15,889 bases of DNA, from positions 1 through 15,889 of the forward strand of contig JBLDXI010000120.1 of the NCBI GenBank assembly GCA_047495785.1, in the 5' to 3' direction. Below, in pieces: positions 1-7,328 of the stretch. Position 1 is the first letter of the stretch, and every line of letters starts with the position of its first letter. Source of the stretch: Lepidodermella squamata (lineage: Eukaryota; Animalia; Gastrotricha). The notes under the pieces are model-generated. The model worked only from the letters and a program-made list of their open reading frames with translations. It ran no database searches and had not been told where the DNA came from. Made by a program: the position numbers and the translations under genes.

Positions 1-121
1 CCATGTAACCAAGGCACAATTCCGAGCTATTCCGTAGCATGATATCGTCGAGCTGAACTGTTCGCCAGATTGAGTTATGCGTATCCCCATCGTCTTGAGG
101 AGTTGATGCCTCAAAATTGAT
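1..121 (-). CDS. Gene A exon 8 (partial, runs off window; not in ORF track)
   Basis: After acceptor TTTTTCAG (ends 122) it translates INFEASTPQDDGDTHNSIWRTVQLDDIMLRNSSELCLGYM, matching gene B LTFTSSTGLSDGTTHYQRFGTIQIDDIYVRNGTDLCLGYV. Confidence 0.85.
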   Translation of the reverse strand, partial: MNFEASTPQDDGDTHNSIWRTVQLDDIMLRNSSELCLGYM

Positions 122-3100
122 CTGAAAAATGAATAAAAAACATGTCATAATATTATATTGAGGTAAAATTCATACATAGGTAGGAGTGTTTTCGTTGAAC
201 AGGATTCGATGCCGCTTCCAGCTTTGACCTTGAGGACCTTGCATCGCCCACAAATAGCGGCCCTTGCCATCAACAAGGCGCATCTCGCCAACATCGTAGC
301 CATGCATGTAGTAATTGAAGATCAAACACCGCTGGCCGCTAGGAATCGGCGGTCCGCTGTATCGTGCCTGTTCCACAAGAGGCTTGCCAGTGAACATGGT
401 ATTGAGGAAAAATCCATCGTTCGTGTTGTCAACAGTTGGACCGGTTCTGCGGTGGCTGATAGTCTGCCACGATTCGCAGACAAAACTGTACTGCGAATTC
501 ACTGGGTTATTACGCCACTCATAGTTACTAGGATTTGTTGAACAAGCGAAGAAGCTATTGTCATTTAACGTGGGATGTTGTTCGAAGGAGGAAGCAGTTG
601 ATCCTATGTGATTTTTTTCTATTACATGAGTCACGTACAAGACATTTTCTCAGACTTACGTGGAACAGATAATGGATTGTTGTCATAAGTTGAGTAGGTG
701 ACAACGTCACATGCGCTGTTGAACAGTTGGATGCTGTCTATCGCGTGGTTCGATAGCCCAAGGCCATTGCATGACAGCCACAGACGAATTTGCACCTCAT
801 AGTCGTCCTGGGGGTTGTACTCGACAATGAAATGACGCCAGTAAACGTTGTTATTATTGCCGGTGATTGCTAGCGGCTGGCTCTGCGTCATGGTTGCCGA
901 TGAAGAAATTGTCCATAGGGTTACTTCCATTTTGCTAACATCCGTTGTTCGCATCGCTCGGATGTGAAGACACTTCGGTTTGTCATCCGATTTCATAAAA
1001 GGTGAGAGGATGTCCACGTAAGCACTCGTGCAATCTGGATAGGCGCTGTCGGGCAGAAGCAGATAGTAGCCGCGATTATCTTAATCAAGAAAAATTGGGC
1101 AATCCTTATAATAACCATGTTAAACTCTTACTTCCTAGATTGATGTCATACTGTGGGCCATTCTCCGAGTCCTCATCGTACCAGGGCACGCTGAAGCCAG
1201 ACCAAGCGTCGAGATCAATGGAGTTGCCGCCATTTGCAGCCGCGTCCGTTGAGTCACCGTAAGAATTTCGCCACGAACACATGTGCTTTTGGTCGAAAGT
1301 GCAGTTGAAGCCTGCATGTTCAGCAGCGACCTTTGTCAACTCGCATAAATAGCCGTAGTTGCTGTTCGGCAGCGCTCTGAAACCATTTTTATCCATGCCT
1401 AAAAGAGTATTTCCCGCTACTGGTTCAGATGGCGGCTTCCAGGCTGAGAATAAAAACCGTTTTGATCGAAAACTTCAAACATATTTAAAATTGTCTCACG
1501 GAGATAAGCAATAGGGTAGTTATACATGTTCCTCCAATCCGATGATGCATATGATCCCTCAATATGGATCGTCGAGCTATCAAAAAAGCTAACATCAAAC
1601 AGAAACTTGGGGAATATTGCCACTTACGAGCCAATTATGCTAGCGACATCGTCGAACTCAGCCTTAGTTTGCGGTCTTGCGACTGAAGCTTTCATTCGCT
1701 CATTGCACATAGCCATCACCTCAGCCTTGTTTGTTGGTATGTTCGTAAATGAAATGTAACACTTGTTGCCTTTTTCTATCCAACCCATGGGGCAACTAGA
1801 CGTGGCCAAGCAGCGATTGTCGGTCACTCTAATCGAGTCAATTGCGATTTCGGAGTATTTGGTCGCCCCAGCAAAAGCGTTGATTACAATAACGTCATAT
1901 GTATCCAAATAGAAATCTATCGAGAAGAACTGCCACTGTTTGCCCTGATTCCCAGTTTTTACCAGCAAATTCAAGTTTTGGTAGTTAAAAATAACTTGTA
2001 GCTTGTTGACATCAGCGCCGCCCATGTGGTACCACATCTGGAAGCAGTGCCAGCCAGGGCCAATTACCGGTGAACGAACTTGGACGTTAGTATTGTCCGC
2101 GCCAACATAAAAAGGGCTGAGCAGCAGGTAGTAATCAGCGGCGTCGATGCGTTCGGCCGATTTGCCGAATCGTGGCCCGGTTCGCCAGATGTTATTGCCG
2201 CCACCCCTTGTAGCATCACGGTCTAGTATAAATTTGGCATAGCCTGCCTGCATGACGCGCGCAGTCTGCGACCAGCCGCACATGTGTCCCTCGTCGAAAT
2301 TGCAATCAGCCTCGTCAAGCGGCCTCGATTGATCTGACAAAAAATAATATGGAAAACTATGCGAAAATGCCTTACTACTCACCTATTAGCATAGGTCCCA
2401 TCAGGTACGACTGGCACATGCTGATCAGTTTTCCGATTCCTTCAGCGGACAGGGCGACAGCGTAGTAGGAAAAGCACGATATTTGCATGGGCAAAGTGTC
2501 TTTTCCGCCTATCACTCTTTTCCCAATCGCAAGGCCATTAGTCGCGGCTGTGTTTGAGACGCTAGACCACGTGCCGAGCAGTGCGCCATCCCGGTAAACC
2601 TTAGTCGTACTAGTCACTGCATTATAGACGAATGCGATGAATTGCCACTGCTGGTTAACAAAGCCAGCTGCCGAGCCTTCAATCACCATATTGTTGAAGA
2701 ACAGGGATGAGACCCAGTTTGCCCACCAATGAAAGCCATACGTGTTTGCAGCCACGCCTTTAAACTCAATGATCGGCCCTGCTGTGTTGCCCAATGTTCG
2801 AACGTAGCAGGCAAATGTATAAGAGCGAGTTCCTAGGGTCAGCCCGCTTGGGTATGGCAAATCAAGGTAATTCGACGCATTAGTTCCGAGCTCGTAAGCC
2901 GTGTTTGGCACGCCGAACGGTCCCGGCACCAGTTTCACAGCACCCCCTGCCGGGACCTGGGCATGATAGTCGTTGCCGCTGATGTCGTTCAACCCACTGA
3001 CACTGGTGAATGGCCAGAAACCGACTAGCTCGAGGTTGGCAGGAGGGCGGTTCTGATCGAGACACGCCTGTCTGACGGCTACAATTTGAGCAGCCGATAG

Positions 3101-5304
3101 CGCTGCGCCGTAAATCGAAAAGCACGACATGCTTCCGACGAATCTGGTCGACGATGTCAGTTCACGGCCGAGAACTAGACCGTGGTCTGAGAACCCAGGC
3201 AGCGTCGCGCTTGATATAGTCGTAGATTTTTTCAAAACGCCATCAACATAGTTTTGCAAGGTTTGCGTTTGCAAGTTGTATACTGCAGACAGAAAGACCC
3301 AGTTGGTATAATCGACCCCGGTGAACGTCGATCCCGGGGCAGCTGTCAGCACATTGAACCCAATTGTGAAGGCAGTAGTGCTAGGATACTGCCAAATTGA
3401 AAATCCTCGTTGCGGTACAGTATTTGCCCGAAAATCTATTAAAGGGGAGGATCCTGCGCTCGATGTCTTGACGAAAAACGACACAGTGAATGATCGCAAA
3501 TCGTCTATGCCGGAGCAATAAGGCAGCGATATCCAAGAATCCGTCCCGCCAGCAAAAGCCACGCCTTGATTAGCTTCCCCAGATGGGCCGTTATCTGGTG
3601 TCACAAGGGTTGTAGACATTCTCTGCGCGTGGCAACCATTGCCAGATAGGTCAGGCAATGAATCTCCAGCAGATCTAACGCCATCAAGGGGCAGCCAGAC
3701 AACTAGGCTTGTTCCTTGGTAGATTTCGTATTGTTGCTGAAATTTCGCGCACATAGTTCGTAGCTGATTGACCTCAGAGATGCTCATGCTTTTGTTATAG
3801 ATCGTCAGACAACTGTAACGGCTAGTCTGGGGGGTACCACCACCCGGCATTCTGCTGTCTCTGTAGCCCAGCAGAAAGCCCTCAGTTGTTGGCGGGGTTA
3901 AGCTAGGAACTGTAGTGCTGGAGGATATGTATTTAGGGAAGGCGTCAGCGTAGACTGTCAGATTTGCTAGCGTTTTATCGTGGTTGACACTGACGAAATC
4001 CCAAATAGGGAACTTGAACAACGTGGCATTCACGCCTGGCCCGAATGCGTTATCAGGCGATCTGACTGTCACGATTGTAGCAGGATCGTTGCCGACAATC
4101 GTTAGACCAGTTTGACCGGAAGATGCCGATGTGACATACTCGAGAAGCGGCGCTTTAATAGCTGTCTGTGCCCAGAAGTTTATCGAAAAATCGCCTGATA
4201 ACTGGGTGGAGGCTGGACAAGAGCCGCTAGTAAAGTTGAGATAAGCAGCGTTGAAGAATAGCGCTGAGCCCATATTGATGTAAGGTCCCCAGTCTGGCTT
4301 TATCGAACCTGTGCTGGGGTAAGCCGCAGCTCTACAGCCGTTTATGATATCGATATCCCGGTGGTAGGCTGTCAAAGGCCAGAATCCTTGCAAGTTCTCA
4401 GGTTTGTAGATTGAGTACCGCTCTGAAAATAAAGTGAACTTCTAGATGGCTTTGAATGAAACATTTAATTACCCTTGGAAATGACTCGCCATTGGAAACG
4501 ATAGCCGTAGCTGCATCCCATGTGATCTGAGGTGAAGACGACTCTTATATCGGCGCCATAGATGCGGAAAGCATCCATGAGAGTAGTGGTTTCTCCGTAG
4601 CTTACATAGCTCACCCAATTGTTGAGTTGCGAATCGCCGACGAAGAACTGTAACGAGTCGCCAACTCGTAGGTCGAACATGACGGGTACGAACTCGACCA
4701 AATCGGTCGACTGATCAACGTCTATAACAGTGATGCATTGAACATTCGTCGGATAATGATCTGGGAAGAATGGCGATTGAATTTCGCCGCTTTTCGTCGT
4801 GTTGGCGAATATGTAAGGTTGCGGGTAGAGCTGGCAGCCGAAGAACATGTGTTGGAAGGTGAATGAGAATCGCCATCGCGGCGTTCCAGACCAAGCCGAG
4901 TTGCGAGTCCCATCTGAGTACCAGTTGAATCTCAAATGACCTTTTGTCCGAAAATTGTTGATGAAGTTGAAATCGGTCCACGCGCCGAAATCAGCAACCC
5001 AATCCCAAGAAGTTCCCGACTGGGTCCATAGTGTGATTTTGTCACTCCAAGTTGAATAGTCAAACTGGTAGTCAATTACTCGAATGGAGACGTATTGCGT
5101 CGCCTTGTCGGGAACGTTTATCTGCAGCCAACAATTGCGATTGTACCCGTAAGCGCCGGGCCAGCCGTCGCTAGTAACGTACCCGTATTTTTCGTCATAG
5201 GAATTTATTGTCGTGTTCTGGCAGACGTTGAACGAATCGCCCTCTGTTGCTGTTACTACCATTAAGCCACCGAGGAGCAGAGGCAAGACGAGTAAAAAAG
5301 ACAT
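1..5304 (-). CDS. Gene A (spliced model, 3'-partial): secreted mosaic protein SP-CUB-CUB-LamG x3-MAM-CTLD-MAM-MAM-...; exons 5304-4473, 4422-2383, 2333-1628, 1576-1500, 1443-1132, 1079-660, 603-176, 121-<1; about 1645 codons within the window
   Basis: Consecutive minus-strand ORFs join in frame through seven GT-AG introns. Exon lengths (832, 2040, 706, 77, 312, 420, 428) give consistent phases 1,1,2,1,1,1,0. The spliced product is colinear with gene B from the first MAM domain onward. Confidence 0.88.
176..603 (-). CDS. Gene A exon 7: third (variant) MAM; acceptor ambiguous (exon start 603 or 618)
   Basis: SGPPIPSGQRCLIFNYYMHGYDVGEMR...QGPQGQSW matches gene B SGPAVPSGLKCFIFNYFQFGYDAGELR...QGDQLPAW. 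Donor GTATGA at 175. Two in-frame AG acceptors end at 619 and 604. Confidence 0.78.
660..1079 (-). CDS. Gene A exon 6: remainder of second MAM
   Basis: NRGYYLLL...CTSAYVDILSP...CLHIR...W...AIDSIQLFNSAC aligns to gene B TRGYYVM...CTSLYTDFSSP...AFDDVMLFDGPC. Acceptor (AAG) ends at 1080; donor GTAAGT at 659. Confidence 0.82.
1132..1443 (-). CDS. Gene A exon 5: end of CTLD + start of second MAM
   Basis: PWKPPSEP...YGYLCE followed by FNCTFDQKHMCSW. Acceptor TTTTATTCTCAG ends at 1444; donor GTAAGA at 1131. Both flanking introns are at the same positions as in gene B. Confidence 0.85.
1500..1576 (-). CDS. Gene A exon 4: internal part of CTLD (STIHIEGSYASSDWRNMYNYPIAYL)
   Basis: Aligns with gene B STIILGASLSGSTWVDADGYPITYL. 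Acceptor TTTTTTGATAG ends at 1577; donor GTGAGA at 1499. Confidence 0.8.
1628..2333 (-). CDS. Gene A exon 3: MAM domain + N-terminal half of C-type lectin-like domain
   Basis: MAM motifs CNFDEGHMCGW...CFQMWYHMGG...GNQGKQW...IAIDSIRV..C, then CTLD start CPMGWIEKGNKCY...C...A. Acceptor TTTTGTCAG ends at 2334; donor GTAAGT at 1627. Confidence 0.88.
2383..4422 (-). CDS. Gene A exon 2: three tandem LamG/concanavalin-A/pentraxin-like domains (approx. 4399-3750, 3709-3060, 3037-2414)
   Basis: Three repeats start LQGFWPL / LVVWLPL / LVGFWPF. They contain FSINFW / FTVSFFVK / YTFACYVR and W.F....Y/H...YVDG-type strands, and end SCLTIYNKSMS..C / SCFSIYGAALS..C / SCFSYYAVALS..C. Acceptor TTTTCAG ends at 4423; donor G|GTGAGT at 2382. 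Confidence 0.87.
4473..5304 (-). CDS. Gene A exon 1: signal peptide + two CUB domains
   Basis: ATG at 5304 begins a hydrophobic leader MSFLLVLPLLLGGLMVVTATEG. CUB motifs: C..GYVTSDGWPGAYGYNRNCWLQI...LRFNWYSDG and C..SGEIQSPFFPDHYPTNVQCITVI...IRVVFTSDHMGCSYGYRFQW. Donor G|GTAATT at 4472. Confidence 0.88.
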
Positions 5305-5323
5305 TCCAGAAGAATGCGCAGGT

Positions 5324-5333
5324 CTGAATAAAA
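5324..5333 (-). promoter_or_regulatory. 3' splice-acceptor-like site (TTTTATTCAG) ending 20 nt upstream of the gene A ATG: 5'-UTR intron acceptor or trans-splice site
   Basis: Same pyrimidine-rich ...CAG form as the internal acceptors in this window. Function is inferred. Confidence 0.45.
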
Positions 5334-5934
5334 TAACTACTGCAACCGCGCGTCTTTCTCGATAAAGAGCGGAAATTTTTTTGATGAGCTGCTTCCCAAC
5401 AACTTCATTAGCGATTCGGCTTATCGGTTGATAGATAATACTTCGTGACTGAATAAACAGCAACGGATCGCGTCGTTAAGGCCGGGTTGATTTCTCGACA
5501 CCAGCAATTGACACTTTTTTGTTCGCACCCCAAGCATTTCACATTTTTTCCGTACTTTAACAGGCGGCATCAAACAATTGAAACCAGCCGCCTAAATTAT
5601 TAAATGCCATGTGCTTATCTTTAAGCGTTAATTTGAACTGTCATCGAATACTGCCTGCCTGGAAACGCGGAACGCTATTACATGGACTTGTCCAGTATTT
5701 TACATGGCTGATAAAAAGTGAAGAACGCTGCGTTATCACCTTCCATCAGTGCTCATCGTCATTTCGCCCTTTCAGCGTCGGGGTTTTCGAGAGCAAAATA
5801 AGGCTGCAATTTACAACTCTCGGACGTTTCAGGTGATTGCTGAATTGAAACTTGAAATCGGATTGTTTGCTCATCAAAATTATGGAAATGTCAACAAGTC
5901 GTATTCTATTTGTTGGAACATTATTTCTAACCTA

Positions 5935-6383
5935 CCTTATTTTACGAATTATTAGGCAGGACCAAATTATAGGGCAGAACCGGAATAAAGGGCAGAGGGT
6001 AATGGTCATTTGAAACAATAAAGGGCAGAACCGTATTAATAGGCAGGGCCTTGCATGAAGTGGCTTACATGAGCACCTGCTGGGTGAGTGGTTAGAGTTG
6101 GATAGGTTGAGATTTTTCGTCAGTGAGTGCACAAATCGCCCTTTATCCACCTTAATCCTCTTGAGCAAACACTTAACCCGTGTAGTCACAGGTGGAAGGC
6201 AGTAGCTATAGTGGTTAGTGGTTATTCGGCGGTTTTGACTGTTGATCTAGGTACTCTTCAGGCGACTGATTAGGTTCGAAAAAATAAAGGGCAGAGCCGA
6301 AATAAAGGGCAGACCCTAAATACAGGACTTGAACCTGGTTTGAAAAAAATGCAGGGCAGGGTCTTATAATTCGTAAAATACGG
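5935..6383. mobile_element. 449-bp non-autonomous DNA transposon (MITE), Tc1/mariner superfamily, Tc2/pogo-like ends
   Basis: 21-bp terminal inverted repeats with 19/21 identity: CCTTATTTTACGAATTATTAG (5935-5955) and the reverse complement of 6363-6383, CCGTATTTTACGAATTATAAG. TA flanks both sides (5933-5934, 6384-6385). Six subterminal AGGGCAG motifs; no transposase ORF. Confidence 0.85.
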
Positions 6384-6420
6384 TACTTGAAAATTCTTCA
6401 ATGAAGAAAATGGAACAGAT

Positions 6421-6426
6421 TTTATT
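6421..6426 (-). terminator. Putative polyadenylation signal AATAAA of gene B
   Basis: TTTATT on + at 6421-6426, about 115 nt downstream of the gene B stop codon. Confidence 0.6.
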
Positions 6427-6539
6427 CTGCATTGGTCGATTTCACAACACTCTCATTCAAATAACTGATGGTTCTTTTCGCGAAATGTTAATTCCCATCG
6501 CGTCGTAGCCAAAGCATCACGCGCGAAATATGATTTCTT

Positions 6540-7328
6540 TTACACCGGATTGACTCGTAGGATTCTCCAGCGCATAAAACCCAACCCGATCTCGGGGTTA
6601 GTCATGTTGCTGCCGTACATGCCTAATTTATCGCCGGCTAGCGATTCACCTGGGCGGTATGGGCCGGTCATCAAACCGTCGTGGCAACTTGGTGCTTGGT
6701 CGTACCACCACCCCGAGAAAGCGAACAAGGGCAAACAGGCTGAATTAGCCGATGGCGGAGAATCTTTCGCTATGAACGTCTGATTTGACATTCTAGTGGT
6801 CATGACTTGACCTTTATAGATGGTAATGCGGTAATTGTCGCTCGCAGATGACACGACCATCGGCGACAAACCTGATCCGTACAGAGACGCGGCTAATGTT
6901 CCATTCGCCGTTCTCCCATCGATTACGAACGTGTACTGAGAATTTTGAGTAAGTAGGGACATAGTTTCAAGGCCTATCCAGTACTCGCCGCTTGCAGATC
7001 CGAAAAATTGTTGATACTCCGCAAAATTTCGGTTGTTGAACCTAGTGACACCGTTCGTCCTCACAGCGAGCACTGTCCAGCTCCTGCTGTTAGGCAAATC
7101 TGTTTCACAAGCTACCGGGATCGCCATGGCGGTAGCTGTTGGCTGGATTAAATAAACTCCTTTACCGCGGTAATTATTTGCGATAATGACAGAACAATCT
7201 TGAGGCATGTAGCAAGATTTCAGCGGCTCCAGGCATCGGCAAACCAGCATATTCGTATGCGGCATGGTCACACAGCTCCTCGTCAGCGTGCATTGGGTCG
7301 AATCGAGGGTGCAGATATTTTTCAATTT
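6540..7328 (-). CDS. Gene B last exon: short Cys-rich EGF-like segment + fibrinogen-related domain (FReD)
   Basis: CTLDSTQC...SC...CRC...C, then FReD motifs PQDC...GVYLIQP...VACETD...WTVLAVRTNG..F.NRNFAEYQQFFGSASGEYWIGLETMSLLT...NYRI...GWWY...C...G.Y. Confidence 0.9.
   Translation of the reverse strand, partial: KLKNICTLDSTQCTLTRSCVTMPHTNMLVCRCLEPLKSCYMPQDCSVIIANNYRGKGVYLIQPTATAMAIPVACETDLPNSRSWTVLAVRTNGVTRFNNRNFAEYQQFFGSASGEYWIGLETMSLLTQNSQYTFVIDGRTANGTLAASLYGSGLSPMVVSSASDNYRITIYKGQVMTTRMSNQTFIAKDSPPSANSACLPLFAFSGWWYDQAPSCHDGLMTGPYRPGESLAGDKLGMYGSNMTNPEIGLGFMRWRILRVNPV

Noticed and set aside
5305-5463. 53-aa N-terminal extension of the 332-aa ORF
   Set aside because: It starts at a non-ATG codon. 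The signal peptide begins at ATG 5304.
5609-6189. Short ORFs (75, 68, 85 aa) in the intergenic region/MITE and their mirrors at 14545-15125
   Set aside because: No recognisable motifs and no transposase features; consistent with chance ORFs.
6209-6225. TAGTGGTTAGTGGTTA as a telomeric seed
   Set aside because: Only about two units of a 7-mer inside the MITE.
5960-6360. AATAAAGGGCAGA repeats as a CRISPR array or iterons
   Set aside because: The repeats are short and irregularly spaced, lie inside TA-flanked TIRs in eukaryotic DNA, and no cas genes are present.
6476-6530. CGCG-rich possible hairpin and TTTCGCGAAA palindrome in the gene B 3' UTR (SECIS or ncRNA?)
   Set aside because: The stem is short and imperfect, there is no in-frame TGA in the gene, and there is no comparative support.
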